Source: Podarcis vaucheri
Taxonomy: Eukaryota
Length of the DNA: 64,000 bases
Assembly (NCBI GenBank): GCA_965113315.1
Contig: OZ220373.1
Reading direction: 5' to 3' (one strand)
Below, one piece after another: positions 33,907 through 44,708 of this stretch; within the stretch, counting starts at the first letter, position 1, and each line of letters begins with the position of its first letter. Below the pieces are notes generated by a model. The model was not told where the DNA came from and searched no databases. It worked only from the letters and a program-made list of their open reading frames with translations. The translations under genes were made by a program, and so were the position numbers.

Positions 33907-36565
33907 TTTCTGGGGGGAGAAAGACAGAGTCACCGTGTGAATCGTTTGTTTTGTGTTTCCATCCACAGAATCTAGCGGAATTAAAGAAGCAGGCGGTACC
34001 TTTGAAGAAGAAACTGGAATCGTATCTGGACCTGACCCCTGTAATCTCCCGTACCCTGCTTCTCTTAGAACTGTAGAATCCTAGCATTGTAGCTCAACTT
34101 CCAGCAGAGTTCCCCAATATGGTGCCAATTGACAAGTCTGCTGGCTGCTGCGGCCCCAAATGCCAGATTGCCCAAGGGCTAGTTTAAAATATTGGCATGT
34201 ATCCCTTGGCTCAGTGTGCTTTTGGAAGTTTGGCTTGACATGAGGGTTATGGGTTAGCAGACATGTGAAAGGAGCTTAAAACATGATTGCGGAGCTTTCT
34301 TTGCTGCCAAGGCTATAGAATTGCTATTATTTCTACAGCACTTGCACATACCGCATTTTTCACTCTATAGGACGCACCGGACCATGGGGGGGGGAGAACG
34401 GGGGGGAATTCTCCCCCTCTCTGCTCAGCGCCCCTTCAGCGAAGCGGCAGGAGAAACGGAGCCCCTTCCATTTCTCATCCCGCTTTGCTGAAGGGGCGCT
34501 GCGCAGAGGGGGAAAACTGTGCAGCGCCTCTCCAGCGAAGCGAAGCCTGGAGAGCAAGAGGGATCGGTGTGCACTGACCCTTCTCGCTCTCCAGGCTTCA
34601 GGTGGCTATCCGCAAGCCTTCGGAGCGCAGCGGGAACTACTGCTGTGCTCCGAAGGCTTGCGGGTAGCGGCCTGAAGCCCCCGGCGTGCAGCGGGGGTTC
34701 CCGCTGCGCTCCGGGGGCTTCAGGTGGCTTCAGCGAAAGCAACGCGAAGCCTCCGGAGCACGGGGGGAGCACTCCCTCTGTGCTTCAGAGGCTTCGCGTT
34801 GCTATCGCTGAAGCCAAGCAGCCTGCATTCGCTCCATAAGACGCACACACATTTCCCCTTAATTTTTGAAGGGGAAAAAGTGCGTCTTATAGAGCGAAAA
34901 ATATGGTGTATGCACGCTATTATTCCTGTTTTTAAATAAATAAATGTCCGCAAATGTTGCTCCAGTTAACAGTTGCGGCCATTCTGGTGGTCAGTTGCAG
35001 ACATAAGTGGCAAGAAGGAAGAGGGCTAGGGTTGTTTGAGGGGTCAAGAAACCTTCAGATTGCTGCTGGACACTGAAGTGTCTTTGTTCCAAACTCACTC
35101 TTCTTCATTGCCTATCCGTCTACATTTCATGGAATGATTTTTGGTGGCACCGGAGTGTGTGCTGAACAAATGTACTTTAAAAACTCTCTTTTTAAAGTTT
35201 TTTTTGGGCAGCAATACCTCCATAGACTTTTTGCTTGATTTCAAAAATTCAGACGGGAGCGTGAAAAAACCCCTACATCTGCCTAAATGTCTTTCTACTG
35301 CTCTTTTCAGAGTCCTTCTCTCGCACGAGTGAAGATTGAAGAAGCAAAGAGGGAGCTGGTAGGTGCTTTTGTTGGTATTAATATGTTCTCTTAGTTGTAC
35401 CGGTGGACAAGCTGATCTTCTGGGCTATTTTGGTGCATTTTTCTTGTGCGGGGATATTTTGGAGGGGTGGAGAAACTGGGTAGGGTGGGCCGGACCTCTT
35501 CTGTCCTAAAGGCAGCATGAGAAATTGACACCTCCCTACATAAGCTCAAGCCTAGGGGTCAAGTCCACTGTCCCTCAGACCTTGTGGGGGGCCAGACTAT
35601 ATTTTGAAAAAAAGTGAATGAATTCCTATGCCCCACAAATAACCCAGAGATGCATTTTAAATAAAAGCATACATTCTACTCATGGAAAAACACCAGGCAG
35701 GCCCCACAAATAACCCAGAGGTGCATTTTCAATAAAAGGACACATTCTACTCATGTAAAGACATGCTGATTCCCAAACAGTCCGTGGGCCAGATTTAGAA
35801 GGCAATTGGGTTGGATCCGGCCGCCGGGCCTTAGTTTGCCTACCCCTGCTCAAGCCATTGCCCATCTCTGCCTTCCCCTAAAGTGCTTTGTGCTGATCTC
35901 TGCACATCAAGCAATGGAGAGAGAGGTTCAAGTGCAAATCTAAGCCTGTCAACCATTCCTCCTTTTCACATTTACTTGTTAAATTTATAACCCACCTTTT
36001 TCTCCAAGAAGCTCAAGGTGGCGTACATGGTTCTCCCCCTCCTCATTTAATCCCCACAAAAACCCTATAAGGTGTTGTGGACTATATCATCCCTGACCAG
36101 TGGCCATGCTGCGTGGAGATTATAGCTCCACAACATCTAAAATCTTTTCATTCTGACCTATTCTGTTTCCTTCACTACGTTGGCTTGACCGTACTGTCTC
36201 TGTTAAGGGTTTTGAATGTCTTGAGTATTTGTTATCGTATTGTTGGTTGGTGTTTGCTTTGCGTATCATGTTTGCCGCTTTGTGAGAACACGCTCTTAAA
36301 AAGTGGGATATAAATCTGTTGGATTAATGATACCTGTCGTCCCAATTTCCTTTTTGGTCGGTTTCAGCTTGTGGGAAGCATCTTTATGGTACGTTGCCAT
36401 ACCATACCATGTTTGTGTATTGGGGAGGGTGTCTTAACTATCATCCAAATATTGGTGCTGACTTTTCTCTCCCTTTTCTAGGAAGCTCTTGAGGCCGAGG
36501 TTTCAGCAAAGGTGGATATGACAGCACTTTCGGTCCCTTTATCTACCAAACGTCACTTTTCCTAA
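24201..36565 (+). CDS. HAUS1: HAUS augmin-like complex subunit 1, complete 9-exon CDS (293 aa from the first ATG)
   Basis: Exons 24201-24242, 26536-26710, 27668-27803, 29325-29459, 30925-31048, 32702-32767, 33969-34040, 35311-35358, 36482-36565 sum to 882 nt, in frame, GT-AG. Peptides VASWLKKTFGDQSIPPYE, ALETKDTSLASFIPAINDLTS and PLKKKLESYLDLTPSPSLARVKIEEAKREL match HAUS1. Head-to-head with ATP5F1A, as in mammals. Confidence 0.97.
24429..24894 (-). mobile_element. BovB 3' fragment in HAUS1 intron 1
   Basis: Reverse-complement homolog of 23108-23577. Confidence 0.95.
24892..25853. mobile_element. Probable DNA transposon (CAGGGCCGGATTTA-type ends) with a nested MITE
   Basis: gccggattta..gcttagggcccc on the left; gcttaggacgtc..acatccaaccctg on the right. 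Confidence 0.45.
25370..25627. mobile_element. Main-family MITE
   Basis: TIRs, TA TSD, extra internal ~18-bp units. Confidence 0.9.
26036..26392 (-). mobile_element. Sauria SINE
   Basis: Reverse complement of 7754-8103; degenerate TSD GTTTA(A/T)CCTTA. Confidence 0.9.
26536..26710 (+). CDS. HAUS1: HAUS1 exon 2
   Basis: 175 nt, VASWLKKTFG...AVEYESD. Confidence 0.96.
26777..27221. mobile_element. hAT-Charlie-type MITE
   Basis: CAGGGGTCAGCAAACTTTTT end; 8-bp TSD CTTTGGTA/CTTTAGAA. Confidence 0.75.
27229..27280. repeat. (TAG)n(TAA)n microsatellite, the tail of an L2-like end
   Basis: Seen directly. Confidence 0.9.
27668..27803 (+). CDS. HAUS1: HAUS1 exon 3
   Basis: 136 nt, TYLQDLLTESLN...KDTSLA. 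Confidence 0.96.
28425..28684. mobile_element. MITE (CAGTCATAC.../...GGTACCACTG subfamily)
   Basis: TA TSD; abuts the next MITE. Confidence 0.85.
28687..28914. mobile_element. Main-family MITE
   Basis: TIRs; shares the TA at 28685-28686 with the previous element. Confidence 0.88.
29032..29215 (+). mobile_element. tRNA(Ala)-like-head SINE; other copies near 32367-32525, 59545-59712 and 63942-64000
   Basis: gagcatct..tttgcatgca..ag.tccc..gttcaat head and gtgtagacaa.actgagctagatgg tail. Confidence 0.6.
29325..29459 (+). CDS. HAUS1: HAUS1 exon 4
   Basis: 135 nt, FIPAINDLTSEL...LVLEKRLQ. Confidence 0.96.
29772..29918. mobile_element. Truncated MITE (CAGTCGTACCTTGG subfamily)
   Basis: Homologous to 32081-32330. 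Confidence 0.65.
29964..30189. mobile_element. Main-family MITE
   Basis: TIRs, TA TSD. Confidence 0.9.
30925..31048 (+). CDS. HAUS1: HAUS1 exon 5
   Basis: 124 nt, DLKKTEELL...FKFRIKAAE. Confidence 0.96.
31553..31657. mobile_element. Half MITE within an L2-like fragment (about 31400-31760)
   Basis: One TIR only. Confidence 0.7.
31789..32032. mobile_element. MITE (same subfamily as 2468-2719)
   Basis: TIRs, TA TSD. Confidence 0.85.
32081..32330. mobile_element. MITE (CAATCATACC.../...GGTACCACTG) inside an L2-like tail
   Basis: TA TSD. Confidence 0.8.
32702..32767 (+). CDS. HAUS1: HAUS1 exon 6
   Basis: 66 nt, EQLSMCGMDASLTHESLVNLSE. Confidence 0.95.
33410..33762 (-). mobile_element. Sauria SINE
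   Basis: 10-bp TSD TGTGTAGATA. Confidence 0.9.
33855..33908. repeat. (TTTA)n microsatellite upstream of HAUS1 exon 7
   Basis: Seen directly. Confidence 0.95.
33969..34040 (+). CDS. HAUS1: HAUS1 exon 7
   Basis: 72 nt, NLAELKKQAVPLKKKLESYLDLTP. Confidence 0.95.
34351..34906. mobile_element. TcMar-Tc2-like element, CpG-rich
   Basis: CCGCATTTTTCACTCTATAGGACGCAC...GTGCGTCTTATAGAGCGAAAAATATGG. Confidence 0.8.
35311..35358 (+). CDS. HAUS1: HAUS1 exon 8
   Basis: 48 nt, SPSLARVKIEEAKREL. Confidence 0.95.
35553..35848. mobile_element. hAT-Charlie-type MITE
   Basis: Perfect 8-bp TSD CTCAAGCC; AGTTTGCCTACCCCTG end. Confidence 0.88.
36482..36565 (+). CDS. HAUS1: HAUS1 exon 9 coding part
   Basis: EALEAEVSAKVDMTALSVPLSTKRHFS*. 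Confidence 0.93.
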   Translation, partial: EALEAEVSAKVDMTALSVPLSTKRHFS

Positions 36566-36754
36566 TGACCTTGGTGCAGAAACAAAAGGGCAGTTCTATA
36601 TTGTAAATTCTGTGGCTTTTGGTATATCTTTCTTATGTTCATGTGGCCTTTGTCCTCTCTTTTACTTCCCTTTCTCCACTTTTTTTTATTCTAAAAAAAT
36701 GTACAGCTTTGTGTTTTGCATACATTTCTCTCTATTTCCCCCATGAGAATGAAC

Positions 36755-36760
36755 AATAAA
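36755..36760 (+). terminator. HAUS1 polyadenylation signal AATAAA
   Basis: AATAAA 190 nt after the stop codon. Confidence 0.7.
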
Positions 36761-36892
36761 ACAGTGTTTCTGAAGCATCCTTTACAATCAGTATGTGTAG
36801 CAATCTGATTTGACTGCTGCCCTGAAGGCGGTACTCTTATTGTATACAGGAGCAGAAACCATTTAAGGTTTGATTAACTTTAGGAAGCTTTA

Positions 36893-37572
36893 GGAAAATC
36901 CGAAACCAGTGTGATCAAGCTTTCCGAAAAGACTGGGGTAAATTTATACAATACTTGAAGGACAATTGTAAACATATAGCAACACTAGCAGGATCGACTT
37001 AAGAAGACTTGTAATGTTGATGATTCTACCTTTTTACATTTTATTTAAATAATATGACAATGGTAATGGGAAAAGTAATTAGGAAAAAGTACAAATGTGA
37101 TGATATAGTAAAGAATTAAGGTAACCATGAATCAGGGGGGGGGGGGTGTCGATCAGCTCAAATGAGCAAAAAGCAATGTGAGTAATGAGGATGTATCTAT
37201 ATATTCACTACTGTCTAGGTTTGTCATTTGCAGTGATCATGGTCTTCTGCATATCTGAGGTTGTTGATATTTCTTCCGGCAATCTTAATTCCGGCTTGGG
37301 ATTCATCCAGCCCAGCCTTTCGCATGATGAATTCTGCATATAAGTTAAAAAAGCAGGAATATCATCATTTCCACTGGCAGTGCTTTCTAAGGCCCATTTG
37401 ACTTCACTCTCCAGGATGTCTGGCTCAAGGTTAGCAACCACACTACCTGGGGTGTACGAGATATCCATATCTTTCTGGTATAATTCCTCTGTGTATTCTT
37501 GCCACCTCTTCTTGATGTCTTCTGCCTCTGTTAGGTCTATATATTATAAAATGGAAACTTAATAAAATATTT
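36893..37572 (+). mobile_element. L1-clade 3' fragment interrupted by an inverted BovB piece
   Basis: KIRNQCDQAFRKDWGKFIQYLK; AATAAA at 37561-37566. Confidence 0.65.
37206..37535 (-). mobile_element. Internally deleted BovB ORF fragment
   Basis: DLTEAEDIKKRWQEYTEELY..LEPDILESEVKWAL // FNLYAEFIMRKAGL..NINNLRYA // MTNLDS; flanked by TCTATATATT direct repeats. Confidence 0.85.
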
Positions 37573-38027
37573 AAGGTCCGTATAGTAAAAGCCATGGTTT
37601 TCCCAGTAGTGATGTATGGAAGTGAGAGCTGGACCATCAAGAAGGCTGATCGCCGAAGAATTGATGCTTTTGAATTATGGCGCTGGAGGAGACTCTTGAG
37701 AGTCCCATGGACTGCAAGAAGATCAAACCTCTCCATTCTGAAGGAAATCAGCCCTGGAAGGACAGATCATGAAGCTGAGGCTCCAATACTTTGGCCACCT
37801 CATGAGAAGAGAAGACTCCCTGGAAAAGACCCTGATGTTGGGAAAGATGGAGGGCAGAAGGAGAAGGGGACGACAGAGGACGAGATGGTTGGACAGTGTT
37901 CTTGAAGCTACCAGCATGAGTTTGACCAAACTGCGGGAGGCAGTGGAAGACAGGAGTGCCTGGCGTGCTCTGGTCCATGGGGTCACGAAGAGTCGGACAC
38001 GACTAAACGACTAAACAACAACAACAA
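37573..38027 (+). mobile_element. BovB 3' fragment
   Basis: KVRIVKAMVFPVVMYG...SRTRLND*, (CAA)n tail. Confidence 0.95.
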
Positions 38028-38307
38028 AATGTGATAATTGAGTTGCTCCAATGTATTGCGGGAAATTTAAATGGCAGCACCCCATTTTTGGCACATGAGA
38101 GCTGTCAGAAGCTGCTAGTTTTGTGCACAGCTCCCTTGTGTGGTCTTCATATAGGCCTGTGAGAGTTGTTTGGTTTGCCTGTTTTGTTTCTTTGCAGGTC
38201 ATTTTGTGTTGCCGCGGCAAGGAGAAAAGTGGCTGCTAAGTTTAATAACATATATAACATTACATGCAATTGTATTGCATTATTTGCTTGTTATAATGAT
38301 AAATAAC

Positions 38308-38577
38308 NNNNNNNNNNNNNNNNNNNNNNNNNNNNNNNNNNNNNNNNNNNNNNNNNNNNNNNNNNNNNNNNNNNNNNNNNNNNNNNNNNNNNNNNNNNNN
38401 NNNNNNNNNNNNNNNNNNNNNNNNNNNNNNNNNNNNNNNNNNNNNNNNNNNNNNNNNNNNNNNNNNNNNNNNNNNNNNNNNNNNNNNNNNNNNNNNNNNN
38501 NNNNNNNNNNNNNNNNNNNNNNNNNNNNNNNNNNNNNNNNNNNNNNNNNNNNNNNNNNNNNNNNNNNNNNNNNNNNN
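38308..38577. other. Assembly gap (N run)
   Basis: Ns. Confidence 1.
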
Positions 38578-38679
38578 GATATTTTTTTTTTCCATTTGCG
38601 GAACCTTGTGATTCATGTTCGGTGTGCTTTTGTAACGTTTGACGTGCGTTATCTTATTTTATTTCGTTTGTGTTGCGCT

Positions 38680-39540
38680 TAGCGAGGAACCTTCCCGCTC
38701 CTCCTGTCAGCGGCCGTGGGGAGAAGCGCGCCCATTTCGCCCTCCCTGAGGGAAACTCGTGGGAGGCGCGCGAGGGGCTCCGCTTTCCCGCCCAATGCGT
38801 GCGCACTCCCGGGAGCCGCTAGGCGGCGCTGCCGCGGCGCGCGCGCCCTCGCGTCAGCCGCTCTTCCCTCCCGCCGCCTCCCTCTTCGCCTTTCCCCCTC
38901 CGTCGACGAAGCCGCCGCTGCCGCCGCCGCCGGAAGTGACGCCGAAGGGAGCCGGAGCCGAGGCGAGCCCAGCGGCCTCTCTCCTTCCCTCCCTGCGGTG
39001 ACATTTCCGCTCCCTCCCCGCTGGGCCGAGGAGGAGGAGGAGGAGAGGGCGAGGGCGAGCCGGTGGTGACGGAGGGAGGACACCCGGCCCCTCATGCTCG
39101 AGCTGCTCCCTTCCGCGGGGCCTGAGGCCGGGAGGAGCCTCGGCGGCGGCGGCGGCGGCCCTAGTGGTGAGTGGCCCCCTTTCCCAAGCGGCCCTCCTCG
39201 AGAATCCAGGCCCCACAGTCGGGGGGGGGACCCCCGCTAGCCGCCCCCTCGACCCATAGGAAGGCTGGGGGGGGGGAGTTGGGTTCGAGAGCGCGCACGG
39301 CGGCAAGTTTTGAGGCTCTCGACCTTGGTCGGCCTCCGTTTTCGCCTTGTCGCCTGGCAACGCTTCATCCGAGCCCCCCCCCCGCGCCTCAAATCTTGAG
39401 GCTTAAAGAGAGGGGGCAGGTGGAGAGGAGGGCTGCTCTCTTTCAAACCCTCCCCCCCCACCCGCACACTATTCGTTCCTTTGCCCCCCCTCACCACCTC
39501 AAAAGAAACCAGCGCTTCTCCCCGGGGCGTGTAGCTGTTT
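38680..39540 (+). promoter_or_regulatory. ARK2N CpG-island promoter
   Basis: Very CpG-rich. CCAAT at 38792-38796, NRF1-like TGCGTGCGCA at 38796-38805, ETS CCGGAAGTG at 38930-38938. Confidence 0.8.
38930..39166 (+). other. ARK2N: ARK2N putative non-coding first exon (5' end approximate)
   Basis: Strong donor GTG|GTGAGT at 39166/39167 within the CpG island; the next recognisable exon starts at 61686. Confidence 0.7.
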
Positions 39541-39851
39541 ATTGAGTGGGGGGGGTGCAAGGGGGTCAGGAGGCAGAGACCCACCCCCCCCTTAAGGAAA
39601 GCTGCCCTGTCAGTTTTCCTTAAGAGGAGCTGGTTGGCATGGCCCTGTAATTCTTCGCAGGGTTGAGAAATGAGGGGATGGGGAAGGTTCGGGCCAGGGG
39701 TTTTTATTTTTGAGGGGGGGAGGGCTGCACCAGATGTAGAATTAACTAGCCATGGCTCTGCTGCTTCTCATCTGCTCCATGCCTAACCTTGAAATAGTGA
39801 AATGTGGAGGAAATAGTCCCATCTCCTCTCTTTTGTGTTTTCGCGGAAACT

Positions 39852-40149
39852 TAGAATCATAGAATCATAGAGTTGGAAGAGACCACAAGGGCCATCGAGT
39901 CCAACCCCCTGCCAAGCAGGAAACACCATCAGAGCACTCCTGACATATGGTTGTCAAGCCTCCGCTTAAAGACCTCCAAAGAAGGAGACTCCATCACACT
40001 CCTTGGCAGCAAATTCCACTGTCGAACAGCTCTTACTGTCAGGAAGTTCTTCCTTATGTTTAGGTGGAATCTTCTTTCTTGTAGTTTGGATCCATTGCTC
40101 CGTGTCCGCTTCTCTGGAGCAGCAGAAAACAACCTTTCTCCCTCCTCTA
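39852..40149 (-). mobile_element. CR1 LINE 3' fragment
   Basis: RTRSNGSKLQERRFHLNIRKNFLTVRAVRQWNLLP..SPSLEVFKRRLD; (ATTCTATG)n tail. Confidence 0.93.
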
Positions 40150-43144
40150 TAAGAAAGAAGGGGATGAGCGGCTTTTCCTTGAGTCAGTGCTTCTTTGGGG
40201 GTGATGGTTTTCTCACCTGTAGCACATCACACCCACCCGCTCTTTTTTGCTTACCACCATGGACACACTGGCTGCCTCTGTCAGCCTCCCCAACTTAAGT
40301 CTGTGCCTAAGGGACATCATCTCAGAAGTTTATTCCTTTGGTTCCAATGGGATCCTTTAGTATATGTGTTTAACATGTATGATAAAGAAGTTCTTCTTGG
40401 TGGAAAGAGAGGGCCTAATAGAATAGCTGTGAGAGATCAGAGGGGTGAAGTGTAGATGGGGAACCTGGGCCTCTGAATGTTGTGACTTCAACTCCCATCA
40501 CTTCCAATTAGTATGGCTAGTGGTCAAGGGTGATAAGAGCTGTAGTCGAACAATACCACAGAACCCTCACTCCTGTGGTAAATGAAAACCATGAGCCTCC
40601 TTCTATGTGGGTAACTTTGTAATCTTTCTTTCATTTTGGAAAGAAGCGGGAATGCCTCCTTTTCTATTCACTAATGGAGTTTAATGTACTAGAGTGCACT
40701 TTCCCCCAGAAACAAGATTGCCGTGATATGTGTATGTAGTGGCAAGGGTGGTAGAGTTTGCTTAGAAACTTAATATGGCTCTCCCTTGGGGCAAGTTCAA
40801 ATGTAGATATATTGGCCAGGTTGGTACGACACTGTAAGCCATAGTTTAATTTATACTGTGAATAGGCTGAATGGCCAACCTGCTGGTGTTTGCTGTTGAA
40901 ATTACAGGCACTTTGTGCCTCCCCAATCCTGCCTGTCCAGAGCCAGCTTGGCTTCATGGTACAAGTTTTCCAGTCAAACAATGAGTGGCAAGGCAAACAA
41001 ATGGTGGTTGGTTTGGAGAAAGCAAATTATGAGTATGGGCTCGCACATGATGTGAAGCCTGCTTCTGCTTTGTTTCCTCCCTGGTGCACTGAAGGAAAGA
41101 GCTGGGGAGCAGTCAAGTGTGATCTTCGGAGCAGCAGGCATTAGCTTGCTGCTTGCTCATCGTAAACCGTTGTATATTTTAAACTCCGTTTTTAAGTGAC
41201 ATGCAATCCAGGACATTCTTGTTAATCTATCCTAATCCACCTTTTTCAATTGAAAATTATTCCAGATTGGTTGTTAGTTAATATTTCCTTTGCGGCATGG
41301 TGATCTGATCTGTACTGACCTCCTATCCCTCTATAAGGCTGCAAAGATATTAGGTGTTAAACCTTTTCCCCTTGCCCTCTTCTCTCCCTCCCTCTCCCCA
41401 TTCCTTTGAATATTTTATCTGCCATGGTTAGCAAAGGTGGAAACAAGCCAGAGGTGTAATTGTAATACAACTGTCTGGCTTCAAGTAAAGAATTCTTTTC
41501 AGCTGGGTTAATGACAGTAAATGATAAATATAGCTGCTTTGAATTTCTGTGACCTGACACATTGCTCTAGTGAAGTTTAATTTGTAGATTTAGCAACTAT
41601 TTTTACAAGCCCTGTGGGCTGTTGAGTAATAATAGTGACTGCTGTAGGTCACTTAATAAGAATAATTTATAATGTTGGAGGACATCATTTTTTATTCTTA
41701 GAGCAAAATGTATGATGTTATTGATGAGCCCATAATTCAGCATCAACAAATCATTCAAAGCAAATGTTCTTCCCGCAATAGCCAGAGGACCACTACATGC
41801 TTCTGTTTGTAGAATGCACACAAATTCAAAGGAGAGTTTACTATTTTGCAAGTGACAACAAGCCAGATGTCCATGGACATGATGGGTTTTTTAACATTGG
41901 TGAGAGCTTTGATGTAACAGGACAGCAGGAATAGAGTGTGGATGGGCTTTTCTTGCAATAATTGTGGAAACCCAAATGTTACCTTTGTTTGATTATTATT
42001 TCTATATACTTAGCTCATTTTAAATTAGTTCAGAATTTAGATAGCATTCTAACATTTGTTGCTTTTCATTCGCAAAGTGTAACATTCCAGATTAAAGGGG
42101 CAAAATGTGCATACTTCAACAATGCCATTTTTTGCATCAAGTGTTGTCTAGAGTAGGGCGGTCCAACTTTTCATACCAAGTGGACCTACAGGACTTGCGG
42201 GCCACACACTGGCCTGTTGCGGGGGTGGGGTGGGGTGGGAGGCCAAAATTTGATAACCCCACTTGTGCTGCCTTCCAAAAGCTGGCTGATGAGGTGTTGG
42301 ACTTTGGGAAGGAGGTGTGAGGATTCTGACAGGGTCCTACAGTCCTCCCATCTGCTTCCTAAAGCTGAGAAATTGCTAACCAGGCAGGAGCACTCTAGGA
42401 CCTTGTTAGAGTCCTCATTCCTTCTTCCCAAAACCAAGAGCCTTGCTTGACTTTCAGGAGCAATTCTTTGGAGAATGTGAGGAGCTGTTGTGGGAAGGAA
42501 GCCTGAACTATCTCTTCTGTATGAGTGGGACACCATGTGCAGTGCTTCATATTCTGATCTGTGACTACAGAATGTGGGTTAGAATCCCAAACACAAATGA
42601 AGAGCCTTCATGTTTCATTTATACACATTTTCTCTTTCTGTTGGATTGACAGTCCCTAAGCTGTCACTTTCCCCTATGTGGATAGGACTACAGCAACAGT
42701 TAGTATGAAATGTTGTCTGATAGTGCTGTTTCTACTATCCCCTAGCGCTTGAATGGTACTGGTTCATTTTCTCAAAAGTATTGCTGTTGCTTTTTTAAAA
42801 ACGCACATGTAGGTATGAATGTTGTTAATTTGCAAATGCTGTAGAGAAGGGGTAGTAGTAATCTGCTGCCCTGCAGATGTTGCTGAACTACAACTCATCA
42901 TCAATATCATCTCTTTATTTGCAGCCATCTGACCATTTAAATGTTTTATAACAACTAACAATTGACAATTAATAACATTAACAAAGATGCACATGAATGC
43001 AACTAAAAACACAGAATTATAATGCTAGCAGTTTGTGTGTGTATATATAGCCATCATAAGTGGTCTAATATGGATGGCCACATTCAAAAACTTTGCCGCT
43101 TGCCCTATGACTGACTTATTGGAGCCCTCAAGCAGACTGTAGAT

Positions 43145-43280
43145 CAGGCACCCCCAAACTCTGCCCTCCAGATGTTTTGGGAGTACAATTCCCATCATCC
43201 CTGACCAGTGGTCCTGTTAACTAGGGATGATGGGAGTTGTAGTCCAAAAACAGCTGGAACCCCAAGTTTGGGGATGCCTG
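43145..43280. mobile_element. Palindromic hAT MITE (136 bp)
   Basis: CAGGCACCCCCAAACT...AGTTTGGGGATGCCTG, perfect 8-bp TSD CTGTAGAT; many degenerate relatives in the window. Confidence 0.9.
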
Positions 43281-44708
43281 CTGTAGATCCTTCCTAGCTT
43301 CTTGTTACAAGGGCAGCATTTATTGTTCATTTGTGGTTTTATTGTTTCTGCCTTCTAAAAAATTGAAAGGAATAGCACGAAACCTTTCTGAAGTATTGCG
43401 ACTCTGGGGGATCCAGTTTATGAGGACATTTTGAGTTCATTTGCTGTTGATAACAGGCTCTGAATAAAATAAGCTGCATAAAGGACAAATATATCTTGTT
43501 CTAATTGTGAGGTTCTTTCCTTTGTACTTTAGTCTTCCCTAAAAGCAGCAGTAATATTTTTCTGTCTCAAGAGGGGAGTTCTCAACTGATATACTGAGAA
43601 TGACTGAGCAATAAACTTGAGGAATACTCTCATGGTTCTTCCATAGCTGGAGGAGTTAATTAGTGTCTGTGTTTGGCTAGGTATAAGGATCAAAGAATTA
43701 ACACTGAAATATAGAAGGCTCCTCAAATGTGTTAAACATAGCTGCAAAATTAGATCTGTATCATTGATTATGATAATAACTATGTTTTAATATTTTACCA
43801 AGATCGGTGGTGATGGATGTTGGATAACATGATCTGCAAAGCGCCTGTACTGTGTTGGAAGCACTTACGGAAATGTTTCAAAGTACATGTTTACTCTAGC
43901 CAATAAAATTGAAAAATATATTAAAGGTAAAGAGAAGATCAAGCTTTTTGGTGTCTTAGAGAATGTAAGCATTGCAAATAATGCTTCTTAAATGGTTTTG
44001 AAACCTGACAATTTTCGTCTTTGAATTATTTAAACCTCTGTCTCTTCAGGTTCTAATTATGGGACGCCTCATCCCACGCTGGCTAGTGAAATAAAAGAGA
44101 GAGGAACAGAATAGGTGTACCTTTAACCATCACTGCGAAAGTAGTTAACTGAAATGCTAAAAGTGGCATCTGAGGAAATGCAATTACACCTCAGTCCCTT
44201 CCTCCTTTTGTGGTGTTTCATTTTGCTTTTTTTTTAAAGAGAATAAACATGTAAAGGCAATTTCCTTCCAAATGCCCACTTTTCTTTGCAAATATATGCC
44301 TTAGTTGCTATTTCTCAGAGCTGCTTGTAGAATGTGAACTTTTGAAGCAGAGAGACCAAGTATATGGCAAAAGGTCTTAGATATTCTGAGCAATATAACT
44401 GACGTGCTTGTGATATGTTGTTTATCTGTGGTCAATGATATGAGGAAGTTGTGTACCGAAAAGAGAAACTGATCCAGAGTGGATTTTTATTACTTGGCGA
44501 CTTCAAGTGTAATTTTATCAGCTCTTGTTAATGGTGCTAATTTCCTAGTAGTGTGTGTGCATGTGCTTTTTGGAGGATGGGATGAAGTGTGAAAAAGACA
44601 TAGAGAAGAAGAAAAAGTGGGATAATTGGCTATACTTATCTATTCACCTAGTTACGCTATTCAGAAGTCCCCAATTGCCCTTGTAATGTAGTTTTTATTA
44701 CTTTAGAT

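Noticed and set aside
38679-39584. Multiple overlapping Ala/Arg/Pro-rich ORFs
   Set aside because: GC-rich ARK2N CpG island; no recognisable protein.
44050-44114. Possible extra ARK2N exon (good acceptor TCTCTTCAG)
   Set aside because: The donor (TAG|GTGTAC) is weak and there is no other support.
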